DNA of 64,000 nucleotides from positions 57,226,001-57,290,000 of the forward strand of contig OY740793.1 of assembly GCA_963514005.1 (NCBI GenBank). Reading direction: 5' to 3'. Position 1 is the first letter of the stretch. Each line of letters begins with the position of its first letter. Source of the DNA: Raja brachyura (taxonomy: Eukaryota). The position numbers and the translations under genes were made by a program. Shown in pieces: positions 38,967 through 51,150 of this stretch. Under the pieces are notes generated by a model. It was not told where the DNA came from and ran no database searches. It saw only the letters and a list, made by a program, of their open reading frames with translations.

Positions 38967-41900
38967 CAATGAGAGATCGGCTTGGCTTGGGAGACAGAGC
39001 TGGAGAAAATGCCTTGTTTGAATATAAGTAAAATCTGTTGTCAGATGATTTAATCGAGCAGTTATATAATAGTGGCTAGGAGGCTATAGACTGCTAGTGC
39101 ATAATAATGCCACAGACTGGTTACTCCCTATAGTTTAGGTTTTAAGACAGTGTTCTTCTATAATAACATTGAACATCACATGGATAAATAACAAATACAG
39201 ATGAATATTAAAATGATTTACATATAAGGTGGTCCAGAACCAGCAATATACCCAGGTGGTTTATGATCAAAGCCACCAGATTGCACATGTTCTATTTGTG
39301 ATGCTTTAACCCTGTCTTACAGAAGCACTGAATTTAATGATTTGTTTATGATTTTGGATCTTCTTTCTACTGAAATATGTTTTCATGTATTTTTAAACAT
39401 TCAAGGATTATTATTATTTATTTTTTACTGATGATAATCTCTCCCTTGTGATTTTCCCATCTATAGTACATTTCAAAACAACTGGACTAATAAACAGCGA
39501 GGAAAGAACTCAAAAGGTACAGCTTCAAAGAATGAGAAAGCAAAGAGAAGATTAGTCAGGTTTGTGAGAATAGAATGTTAAACAATTTTTACAAGGTATC
39601 TGAGTTAAACCATCCGCAGCATGAATATTCCATCTCTAGTTAACACCATTAACAAACAAGCATAATTTCCACGCACCTATAGTCTAAATCATTTAAAATA
39701 TAAAACAAATGTAGTTTATATTTTATTAGATGTAAAACAGATACAATGTCACGGTAACAATTTAATTAGATACCGATGTAGAATAAATCATTCCTTCCAT
39801 CGATTGTGTTCCTATCAAAGTAAACTGAATGAGTCTGTGGTAATGTGTCCTGTCATCATTTTAACTCCTGAATATGCTATAGGTACATTTGGGCGATTTG
39901 TTTTTGAAGTACCATCTTCCCCTACATGTAGAACTGGTTCATGAAGTGCACCAACAAACAGTTCATGCCCAATTCTCCAGATGTTTCTTCTTAATCAAAC
40001 ATTATGCACCACATTTGGACATGCTGATCTACGATTCTATGACAAAAATGTGCGCTGTCTTGACATATAAATGCTGACCTGGTTTCAATATTGTAAGCAA
40101 AGCTCATGTATGCCTTGGCCACCATACAGGTAAGGATGTTAAGATGTACAACAACAATGCCCAATGGAAATATGCATTTTAAGCAGATCCTAACATCAAC
40201 CATACAACATAGTTTTGTCATTTGTGCTTCTAAATTGGAGCTCGACACCTCCAAAAGCCAACCAGTTATTTGCAAGTTAGATACTTCTCGTTATCTATCT
40301 GCTGTTGCTGTAATTCAACAGGGATTTGGTGGTTTCTAGATCTCTTTTAAAGTTACAAATGACTCCAAGTAACTCCAGGGCACTAAAAAACATTGTCATG
40401 CTTCAATCAATTGCTTCCAGGCATGCTTGCTTTCACAGGACATTCCCCATTTCAGCCAACCAAGCAAGTGCAAGGAATGTAGGCGGTGGACTCGGCCCAG
40501 TACAATCTGGTGTCTTGGCTGCATGCACCTTACTTTGCGGGCTGCGCTTTGGTCCAGGATGCCATTGACCGGATGCATATTAATTTTAAAGGTTAACTCA
40601 GTGACTACTGCAACTGAGAGAGATTCCACGCTCACAGCTTGACATGTGGCAAAATGTATCACATAGACAAATGCCCTGTGCCTTCTCAGCAGACATGAAG
40701 CCTTGATTCCACTGTTCCATCTGCACTTAAACTACTGTGACAAGTCTGCCTCCTGAAGACAGTCTTATAATTTTGTCTGAAGATAGTGTAACCTTAACAG
40801 GCGAAGGTTGCCTTTAATTAGTGTGGATTAAATGTATTAAGCACAGATTACCAACATTTTCCAGTAAGGTCGGTGGACTGAATGGTTAGCATTGGCTGTG
40901 CATTGATAACATTTAAAAAGCTAGACCCTAGGATATCTGCCTTCAGAAAGCAAAAATATGCAGAAAGCGTAATAATGCATCATAATTTCTTGTCCATTTT
41001 TAATGGTTATCTAAATACAGACCAATTGGGACCTTTGGGTAAATTGATACAATTAAATTAATGACTTGGGAGAGATCATAGATTCAAATAGGATAGACAA
41101 GCATTTCAGGCCATCATTTCTGGACATCCTCTCTGAGGGAATTGCTAAATTCCACTCTGCTGCTCTTTTCCCAAAGCGATATATTGTTGACCCTATTTTT
41201 CAAGGAGTGGTCCAATTCCCTTTTAAAAGAACTGAATCTGTATCTACCACTGAAACTGTATCTACCATGCCTTCTCGTCATTTACTTCATTCACAATTTC
41301 AATGGTTTTTCCAATTAAATCATGTTAGGTTGTTCTGACCTACTATTCAGCTAAATATGAATATTCGACTATTTGCCAGCATTCCAAATGATGATTAGTT
41401 GAATAAATCCTTCCCTTTTGTTAATGGAATATGCCGGTTGATTTTTGCTCAATGGTAGGTTGTGGAAACTAATCAGCTACATATAATGATTGGGTTTTGT
41501 TTGGGATGGTCATGAGTCATTTGGTTTTCTGGCTCCATTTGTGCACCAGGTGTCAGGAAATTCCAGAATGAGTTGCCTTTGCTGAATTTGGTCCCAGATG
41601 TCGTCGTCCATTGTTGAAACCAACTGTCCAATTAGGCATTAGCTCCATGTGAACAGAATTGAGCAATGGTTTAATTTGCTTTGTTAGAAAGATTCAAGCT
41701 CACCATGAAAGGCAGCGGTATTAATAATTTCCGATAGAATTTTTGAACATTTGCATTCTGCACTGCGAGAGTCATACCGGTGGCTGGCAATTTCAAAGCT
41801 CCCCATTTCATGGCTTGAGAATACACGGTAAATGTTAAGGCAGATGTAACAAAAGGGTCATTGATCATTTGAAGAAGTAACCCAATAGGTTGATGAGGGC

Positions 41901-42149
41901 ACAACCATAGACGTGGTCTACATGGACTTCAGCAAAGGTATTTGATAGGATTCCGCATGGTATGCTGCTCTGGAATGTTAAATCGAATGGGATCCAGGGT
42001 GAGCTAGTCAATTGGATAGTGAATGGAGTTCAAGGGTAAAGATGAAAGGTTGTTTTTCAGATTGGAGGCCTATGTGGTTTGCCATAGGGATTGATGCTGG
42101 GCCCAATGTTGTGTGTGGTTTATATCAATGATTTGGTTTAAATGTAGAA

Positions 42150-42545
42150 TGTTCACGCGAAGTTCGCGCTAAGTTCGCGCGTGACATCATTTACGTCATG
42201 CTTACCAATCAGCTGGGCAGGAGGCAGGGCCGACTGAATTTGGGCGTCATCACGCAACGTCACGCGCTAGGCGTATGCCGTCAAGACGTTGCGTATGCCG
42301 TCAAGATGATGCGTACAATGTCAAGATGCTGCATACGACCGCAATGCGCCTGCGTGCCAACAGGCCGTTGCCGCACGAAGATTTCGGTCACTGCAAGAAT
42401 TTTGGAGCCCCGCGCGATGTCGGGACCAACCCCGCACAACTCTAAATGGGACTGGCCCCGCGCGGCCATACGGTGCCCGTACACCTCAAGCGACCACGAG
42501 GCCACGTAATTTGCGAGCCAAGGTCGCGTAAGTGGGACAGGCCCT
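42150..42545. mobile_element. Harbinger-like MITE, one TIR only (left end lost), CpG-rich
   Basis: Ends agtgggacaggccct|tag immediately before the CR1 FADD codons. Same TIR as 12293-13809 and 46440-47202. Confidence 0.72.
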
Positions 42546-42953
42546 TAGGTTTGCAGATGACACAAAAGTGGGTAGCATCGTAGCTAGCCAAGATGGTTAT
42601 CAAAAGTTACAGCAGGTCCTTGATCAGTTGGGCAAGTGGGCTGAGGAAACGTTAATTGAGTTTAATGCATTTTTAGAAGCCAGGGCAGGACCTTCACAGT
42701 GAATGGCAGGGACCCGGAGAGTGTTGTAGAGCAGAGGCTTCTAGGGGTCCAAGTTCATAGTTCCCTGAAAGTGTTGTCGCAAGTAGACTGGTGGTCACGA
42801 AGGCTTTTGGTACACTGGCCTTCATCAGTCAAGGTATTAATTATAAAAATTGGGATGTAATGTTACAGTTAAACAATATGTGGGTGGGCTGGATTTAGAG
42901 TATTGCATTCAGTTTTTATCACCCTCCTATAGAAGGATGTTGTTACGTTGGAA

Positions 42954-43800
42954 GGTAGACCAAAATGCTGGAGAAACTCAGCGGGTGAGGCAACATCTAT
43001 GGAGCGAAGGAAATAGGCAACAGTTCGGGTCGAGACCATTCTTCAGACTGATGTGAGGGTGGGGGGGAGCGGGAAGAAGAAAGGAAGAGGTGGGGACAGT
43101 GGGCTGAGGGAGAGCTGAGAAGGGGAGAAGAAAGTAGGGACTACCTGAAATTAGAGGTCATTGTTCATACCGCTGGGGTGCAAACTGCCCAAGGGAAATA
43201 TGAGGTGCTGCTCCTCCAATTTACGGTGGTCCTCACTCTGGCTATGGAGGAGGCCCAGGACAGAAAGGTCGGATTTGGAATGGGAGGGGGAGTTGAAGTG
43301 CTGAGCCACCGGATCATCAGGTTGGTTAGTGCTAACCGAGCGGAGGTGTTGGGTGAAGCGATCGCCAAGCCTACGCTTGGTATCACCGATGTAGAGCAGC
43401 TGACATCTAGAGCAGTGGATGCAATAGATGAGGTTGGAGGAGGTGCAGGGAACATCTGCCGCACCTGGAAAGACTGCTTGGGTCCTTGAATGGAGCCAAG
43501 GGGGGAAATAAAGCGACAAGTGTAGCATTTCCTGCGGTTGCAAGGGAGTGCCAGGAGAAGGGGTGGTTTGGGTGGGAAGGGACGCATTGACCAGGGAGTT
43601 ACGGAGGGAGCGGTCTCTGTGGAGAGCAGACAGCGGTGGAAATGGGAAGATGTGGCCAGTGGTTGGATCACGTTGGAGGTGCCGAAAATGTCGGAAGATT
43701 ATTTGTTGTATGTGACGGCTGGTGGGGTGGAAGGTGAGGACAAGGGGGACTCTGCCCTTGTTATGAGTGGGGGCATGGGGAGTGAGAGCAGAATCACGGG
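42954..43800 (-). mobile_element. Penelope-like element (Neptune-type) 3' portion: Cys linker + GIY-YIG endonuclease + terminal repeat
   Basis: PCNRRKCYTC linker, then (frameshift) CTSSNLIYCIHCSRCQLLYIGDTKRRLGDRFTQH...VAQHFN..H...RKLEEQHLIF.LGSLHPSGMN. The 3' repeat matches the dispersed palindromic family. Confidence 0.92.
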
Positions 43801-43814
43801 AAAATTAAGTTGGA

Positions 43815-43938
43815 AAGTCTCTCCAATCTTTGCACATCCCCAATCCTTTCACTCGTCACTTTAATTTCATGTTTCATTCACTTTGTGCTTTTATGACAGT
43901 TGGCAGATCAATTTCCCGCCTGGGATAAATAAAGTTCT
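43815..43938 (+). mobile_element. Rex/Babar-like LINE 3' tail with (TATCG)-like end
   Basis: Reverse-complement match to 15305-15445. Confidence 0.7.
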
Positions 43939-44243
43939 ATTGTATCATATCGTGTCGTAGAAGACCTATGAGGATGTTGCAAGGACTTGAGGGCCTGAGC
44001 AATGGGCAGAGGCTGGGTAGGCTAGGACTCTATTCCGTGGAGTGCATGAGGCTGAAGGGTGATCTTATATAGGTTCATATGATTATGAGGGGAATGGATA
44101 GGGTAAATGCACAGCCTTTTACTCAGAGTAGGGGGAAATCAAGAACCAGGGGTATAGGATTCAGCTGAGAGGGGAGAGAATTAATAGGAAACTGAGGGCA
44201 ACCTTTCCATACAGAGGTTGGTGGTTATATGGAACGAGCTGCC

Positions 44244-44407
44244 AAAGAGTTAGATAGGGCTCTTAAAAATAGTGGAGTCAGGGGATATGGGGAGAAGGCA
44301 GGAACGGGGTACTGATTGGGGATGATTAGCCATGATCACGTTGAATGGTGGTGCTGGCTCGAAGGGTCGAATGGCCTACTCCTGCACCTATTGTCTATTG
44401 TCTACCG
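44244..44407 (+). mobile_element. Second CR1-subfamily tail nested in CR1
   Basis: gagttagatagggctcttaaaaatagtggagtcaggggatatgggg...cctattgtctattgtct; the host resumes at gtagttaaggcag. Confidence 0.8.
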
Positions 44408-46439
44408 TAGTTAAGGCAGAAACTGTAACAACATTGAAAATACATTTGCACAAGTACATGGATAGGAAAAGTTTAGAGGGCTATGTTGTGATGCAGTAAG
44501 CTGTAAATTTCCTTATATTTATCTGTATCTTAAAAGAAACAATTCTTTACATCTGAATAGATTTGTCAAAAGGTTTATGTGAAAAAGGCAGATGTAGAGG
44601 TATTAGAGATTCATTGTTAGAACTTCAAGAGGATTTGTTTCTAACACCTATGGACATGCTGTACAGTGATAGATAGAAAGTATGTGTTCCCAGAGCTACT
44701 CTGGTACTTTGCCATGCCTATGAAACACCAGCAAAGTCTTTTAAATTGATAAACAACCTTTAACTTTATGTTCTCATGCTGTGTAGTACTGCTTACAGAA
44801 AATCGAGTATTTCCACTATCTCTACAAAATGAATTTTCCTTTTGTGAACTCGAAAGATGAAGAGTCATTGCAACTGTCCAATCTTACCTCCAACTTTCAG
44901 TTTTGTGCTGTATAGCATAAAGCAGCTCCTTCAGCTGGATCAAAGCCAGTCAAATCCCATTTTATGAGGTTCAGCTATTTCCTGACTGTCAGACTTCCTC
45001 GTCGGAACAAAAATGTGAATTATATCCATTAAATATTACATTTAATTTAATATTTTAATATAATCCTCGCTATGCTGTGGTTTATTAATAAAAATAAATG
45101 ATTAAAGTGATGTTCTAAAATCAGTAATGGATATTTCACGTCAATGCAATTGTCTTTATAATATTTTTTAGGTCTTGCTATTGCAAATCATTGAGAAGAT
45201 TGGCTTGTGTTTGAAAATAAAGCTGTCATCTTTTTATATAGCTAGACGAGGTAAATAAATATGATGCAAGAATTTGGAAACTGCATAATTCTGAAAGCAT
45301 TTTACATTACAGTGTGATCAGTAATGGGCCCTTACATTCTGAAAGAGAAAATAATCAGTTTACCTTGATTGAAGCACATCAGTTTTTTTATGAGCATATG
45401 AGCATAAAACAAAGGTTTACTCAGCAGCTTGGTAATATTAAAACATGGAATTTCTTTTTTATAAGAAAAAGGTGTAGAATGTGATCTCAGACTAGCCACA
45501 GGGTTGTCATTAATCTTTGTAATAAAACTGTTCCAAATAACAGGAACTGTTGAACATTAGTTCTGGTTAAAATGAGCATTTTTCATTTGGTCCGGTCGGA
45601 TATTACCACGTTGGTACATTAGAGCTAGCTTTTAGAGTTAAAAGTCGCAGTAAATGGCTGTCGGATGTGATTGGTTGAAATTCACAGCAAATTTCATTAC
45701 TTCCATACGATGAAAGCAAATAATCAAAAAAGATGGAACACCGAAAGGCTTAACTGATATACATGAAACATAAACATAACTAAAAATGTAACCTTATTTT
45801 AATTTGAGATAGTAAACTGATTTCTTAACTGATCATTTTGTGAGAAAGAGGCTGGGATTAGTGAATCCCTTCCTGTATGCTTTCTTACTTTCTTACTGTA
45901 TGCTCTGAAATAAAGGTTAAATTGTCACAGATCTGTAACTAAGAGATTTGTTTGTATCGCACCTCTAATGCAAAAGAATAGATTCCACAATAAATCACCA
46001 TTTATGTTTAGACAGCTTTATCGATCATGAGAAAAGCATTTCTATGGGGAGATCTGAAAAAATTGATCAGAATTATTTTGCTGACTGAATATCAACTTCT
46101 CCCACCTGCCGCCTGGGACCTCAAAATAGTAGAGTCAACATCAATTGCCCTCATATCATCTTTAAGTCTTAATTGTCTTCCTCTTTCCAATGGAGTAAAA
46201 AAGATTTGCCTTGTGACATAGCCGAAATGCTCCCATGTATAGGAGCCAATATAAAGTTTACACCGCTGGAGCAAGGTGGCAACTATTCAAACACGCACTT
46301 GTCAGGGTTACTTTTATTCTCACACGCAGCCTCATGTAATATAATTAGAGTGCATTTGCACCGTCGTCTCCTCTTAGATTTTAACAACTTTAAAGCACAA
46401 AAACACAACTTTGGCATAATTTGAGTTATACTGCACTCA

Positions 46440-47202
46440 AGGGCCTGTCCCACTTAGGCGACTTTTCAGCAGACTGCCTGCAACCTTCAAGCTCGAGGCA
46501 CTCGCCTGAAAAACCGCGAACTGGAACGGCGACCATCAGAGCGGAACACACATACAAACACATCGCAAAGGCGGGGTCAGGGAAAGCGGGTGAGCATTGT
46601 ATGAGTGAAATTCACATGGTGGAAAGACAAGGTGATACAGACACACACTGCGATGAACAGGAAGGTTAAGATGGCTAGCACAGTGTACGGTAAGTCCTTT
46701 AAGAGAGCGCAGGGGGGGGGGGGATGGGAGAAGGGGGGAGAAGAAGTGGAGACACTTTTAAGAAGCCAGACAACTTTTAATAAGCCAGAGATACACAGCT
46801 GTGAAGTTTGTCGGGCATTTAACATTACCGGTCGGTTTTCCTTGGTTCTGAAAACTCGTGCTTACGTTTTCTTTCCCCCAATGAGCCAATGAAAATTCCC
46901 GGTCAGCAAAGGAGATTAACTAAAACTACCTATGGCTACCTTGATTACCTATAACTACATGCTGACCCCACTACCACTGCACCTCCGACTACAAAAGTAT
47001 CGATTTTCTCCATGACGATTAATGTTTGGTCGCAGAAGGTTTTTCAACACGTTGACTAGTTCCCAGGATGCGGGAACTCCTCTCGACCATGAAGGAGACT
47101 CACCAGAGACCACCAGCGAACATGTGGCTACCATGTGGCAATCATGAGGCGAGCGCAGTCTCCTGCACTTGCCTAAAAAGTCACCGAAATGGGACAGGCC
47201 CT
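46440..47202. mobile_element. PIF/Harbinger-like MITE, complete
   Basis: agggcctgtcccacttaggcgactttt ... aaaagtcaccgaaatgggacaggccct, extended imperfect TIR; flanks tca/tta. Confidence 0.82.
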
Positions 47203-49224
47203 TTACTTATCCACAGCACATGCGCACACATACAAAGCATTTCATTGTCAGCAACATTTTTCCTGATTTAGATCAACTTGTACTCCACTTAAAGGCCTGG
47301 AAATTGATTGACACCAATGACAATAATTATTAATATTACAGCAGTATTAATGTCATAGACACTAAAAATATTTCAATTTGTGATCAGAGCTTGGCACAGC
47401 TATGCTGCAGCGATAGACGTCATGTATTTACCTTTCATCTGAGATCCATGGTGAGCATTTAATCTAAAGGAGCAAGAATCAAGGACACTGGGGGACAGTG
47501 AACTGTCACTGATCCCTCCTCTTGATGTCAGTTTGATCATCAATAAGTGCACATTTACTGGCCCTCTTGCAGCAAGAGTAGACATAAAAGAGGCATTGGC
47601 TGGAATGTGCCACTGGAGAATAATACTTCATAGGAATTATGCACAATTCACCACAAATTGCTCTTGAAGTATTGGCACATTCCATTCACTTTTTCCTAAT
47701 CTAACAAATTCAACCAAAAACCATTTAAAAATGACATACTTCATAGAATTTTGGTACAGTTCCCTCGATAATTGTTGCCAGACAAAATGTTTGATTATTC
47801 TCATGAAGTGGCCCATTGCATGTAATTTTAATGCCTACAACCATGCAGTTTTGGGTTGTGTACTAAGTGCAAATACTTTATAAATTTCAAACCCAATCCC
47901 AGAATAACTTAATGCTCTCATCCAATTAAAATTGAAGCGAGGTTGGACAGGGCATGGATGATCAATCTGTTCTCCAGGAATAGGATGAAATGTCCATTCC
48001 TCTGATTCTACTTTTAACTCTTGGGAAACTTGGTATATAAAAGGAAGCAAGAAGGACTGCACCAGTGAAGTTTCTGTACTTGCATAATTACTTATGGGCT
48101 AGCAGGCACAGTTGTAGAACCTCCAGGCTCAAATAGGCACCTAGTAATACCATACACCACAAAAATGCTACACATAGTCCCTGCTACCACCACTAGGTCC
48201 ACCTGCGGCCTCACTGCACCTTTCTGCTTTGCACTTTGCTACCTGTTGGATTTAAGCAACCATTCAAAGGAATCAAAATATATCGCAATTTTCGGGGAGT
48301 AGTTTCCCACCCAGCCTGAACAACCAGCTTGGTAGATTTTGGGAACATTCGGAACACTTTGATTCAGTTGGAACAATCCAGCCTACATCAGCTGCAAGAG
48401 TCAATATGGAACACAGGAATGTAAGACCTTGTTGGGACATCCTGACTGTCAAAGACCTGTATTATGATTTAAAAAAATGTAAAGCTTGGCATTTATTTGA
48501 TATTTCTTTCCAGTTGTCTGCAGGTTCTTTCTAAAACAATTTATGCTCTTAAGTTCAAAAAATGTATTAAATATTGTTGCTGAAAATATCTAATAACCGG
48601 ATCCAAATTACTTCTGATGTGCTTGTGTGCAACTTAAAAGGAAAACGTGTTGATCAATTCCATATGTTATGTGCACTTTTCACACAGTGGCTGTTAATCA
48701 GTGCAGTATTTCCTTACAATGCTAGGGGCCTCTCTATTCCTTTTTGCATCTGCTGTGACAAGGTCACATCCTCTCGTCGCATCAAGTACACTTTTTATCT
48801 TTAATTTTTTTTAAGCTGGTCAAATGTTTAGAAAAACTCAGGAAATGCTCCACATTGAACAAACCCACAGCACATGTTTCACTGTCAGTAGCCATATCAA
48901 GTGTTTTGCACCTGTTTTTTCTCTCCAAAGACCTAATTCTACCTGACAATGATGGATTGGAAGTTTGCTACAGGGAAACATTCAGATGCAACATTAAGTG
49001 AAAGCACATACAACTGGACTTTGAGAACAAGCTTCAACATTGGCATCAAGCATTGTTACTATGAAACAATATTTCTGAATGAATGTGAAAAAGAATTGAG
49101 GTTTACACTTTAAATATTTCTTCCACATCATGTGCTTAATGTTGCCTCCAATCTTCTTTCACTGTGTCACGCACAATCTTTTAGCAAAGAAGAGCTCTTC
49201 TCATTCCCTTACTGGCATTGGAGG

Positions 49225-49935
49225 TACCAGAAACTGCAAAAGCTGGAATCTTGACCAAAAAACGAATGCTCTGGAACCTAACAGGTCAGGCAGCTTCAGT
49301 GGAGGAAATGGACAGATGATATCTGCAGAAAGACCCCAACATGAAACGTCATTTGTCGATTCCCTCCACAGATGCTGCCTGACCCGTTTGAGTTCTTCTA
49401 TCACATTGTTTTTAACTCATGCCAACCTTTCTATCGTTGGCCTCCAGAATTCCTAGATTGAGCAAACTGGAAGAACAACACCTCATATTCTGCTTGGGTC
49501 TATTACAGCCCAGCAGCATGAACATGGAATTCTCCAATTACAAATAATACCCACCTCCCCCCCCCCCTCTTCCCCCAGTCTCCAACACTCCAATGCTCAC
49601 CTCCCATCCCTAAGTCCCATATTGTCCATTTATCACCTCTCTTACCCCGCTTCCCATTCCATTACATCCATATCCCTCCCAACGGTTTTGCATTTCACTC
49701 ATCTTCTTTCCTTTTGACATACTTTTTGTCTCTATTTCACCTCGGCCCTTTGTCATTTACTCCACCCATCTTCCAATCACCCCCCACCCTGGTCACCATC
49801 TATATCAACCTTCTACTTGCCAGGCTTTGCCCAACCCCCATTTTTTCCAGCTTTTTCTCCTCTACTGCATCAGTCTGAAGAATGGTCCTGACCCAAAACG
49901 ATGTTTACCCGTTACCTCCACTATGTTAAATGTTA
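49225..49935 (+). mobile_element. Penelope-like element remnant with inverted 5' repeat, GIY-YIG C-terminus and 3' repeat
   Basis: KLEEQHLIFCLGLLQPSSMNMEFSNY at ~49465-49545, C-rich UTR, cagtctgaagaatggtcctgacccaaaacg at ~49871. Confidence 0.78.
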
Positions 49936-50061
49936 CTTGAGTTCTTAAATAATGCTAGAAGATACCTGACCATTAAGGGCATGCCTTATTATGATCCACT
50001 CTGTGGAGGTGACTAGTTTATGTGCTGTATTTGTCTCCATGACTACGAGCTCTTCTGGCTT

Positions 50062-50220
50062 GCTAGCTTTACTTTGCACTTAAGGGTATTCCCTTTTCAT
50101 GTATCTGTACACTGTAAATGGATCGATTGTAATCAGATATTGTCTTTCCGCTGATTGGTTAACATGCAACAAAAACCTTTCACTGTACCTCGGTACACGT
50201 GACAATAAACTAAACTGACT
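50062..50220 (+). mobile_element. Rex/Babar-like LINE 3' tail
   Basis: Matches 2310-2467; ends ttttcactgtacctcggtacacgtgacaataaactaaact. Confidence 0.72.
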
Positions 50221-50234
50221 TACCTCTGTATCAA

Positions 50235-50472
50235 GGTGCAAAGGAAATAGGCGGCGTTTCGGGTCGAGACCCTTCTTCAGAAGAAGGGCTGCTGGCCTTC
50301 TGAAGATGTCTGAAGAAAGGTCTCGATCCGAAACGTCAGAGTCTGAAGAAGGGTCTCGACCCAAAATGTCACCTATTTCCTTCGCTCCATAGATGCTGCC
50401 TCACCCGCTGAGTTTCTCCAGCAATTTTGTCTACCTTCGATTTTCCAGTATCTGCAGTTCCTTGTTAAACAA
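50235..50472. mobile_element. Penelope-derived insertion with three hammerhead-like cores and 14-bp TSD
   Basis: Perfect TSD tacctctgtatcaa at 50221-50234 and 50473-50486. Cores at 50253-50280 (-), 50310-50337 (+), 50343-50370 (+). Confidence 0.85.
50310..50337 (+). ncRNA. Minimal type I hammerhead-ribozyme-like motif (best preserved core)
   Basis: CTGAAGA-aaggtctcgatcc-GAAAC-GTC: CUGANGA and GAAA boxes, short stem II, palindromic ACGT stem III, GUC triplet. Stem I is weak and activity is not shown. Confidence 0.55.
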
Positions 50473-51150
50473 TACCTCTGTATCAATATGCCTCACCATT
50501 GTTCATTTTGCTCAGTTAAAACCCAATCAAAGTTGTGGAACATTTTCTTTCTTCCTCGTATTCCCATGTTTAATATTTCCTGAATGTATCCAATGATATG
50601 AAAAGCTGATGAAGGATTTGTGGTCGAATCCCACAGTATTGGAAGGACCTCTACTTAACCTTCACCGTAACCATCTGCTTCAGTTTCACATTTCCTCCCA
50701 ATAATCATAAAGGAAGTTATTTTCTTTGGCTAGATTTGCATTTGTCTCAATTGCAAATTGTGGATTATATTCCACCAAAACTAAATTTCTTCCACAAAGA
50801 TATTTTACATTTTATATTTCAGTTAATCTGAGACAAAAATGAGTGGTTAAATTCTATCTTCAGTGAGAGAGCTCCACCTTTATCTGAAGTTTACCACAGC
50901 AGAAACAAATCTATGGCCAGAAATTGTATCACATAATGAAATGATTTTGTTTGCTACGTGATACGACTTTGTGAGAAGATAATTTGCAGAGCACAGCATG
51001 AGGACCATAATTTTCCTTCCAGGTCCTTCATGTAACTAATGTGCCACACCTAGAGGTGGTAGATCATGTGAAGCAGAGTCCCACGACATGCAATAAAAAA
51101 TCTGGACAGCATTTCTGTGATTTTAATTTGCACACTAATGGTGGGGGGCA

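Larger units (their letters stand above)
41855..44485 (+). mobile_element. CR1 LINE RT-to-3' fragment hosting four nested insertions
   Basis: DVVYMDFSK.FDRIPH, LGPML..VYINDL, FADDTK, LEYCIQF.SP, RLKGDLI motifs in order across the interruptions. Confidence 0.88.

Noticed and set aside
39525-39560. KNEKAKRRL on +, resembling the DACH KKEKKAKRKL exon
   Set aside because: Wrong strand and position, with no flanking similarity. The true next exon was not found in 1-5460 and probably lies beyond the window start.
47400-47585. ORF with LSPSVL..MK|G as the DACH1-type linker exon
   Set aside because: Only a 6-residue resemblance with wrong spacing, and no convincing in-frame acceptor.
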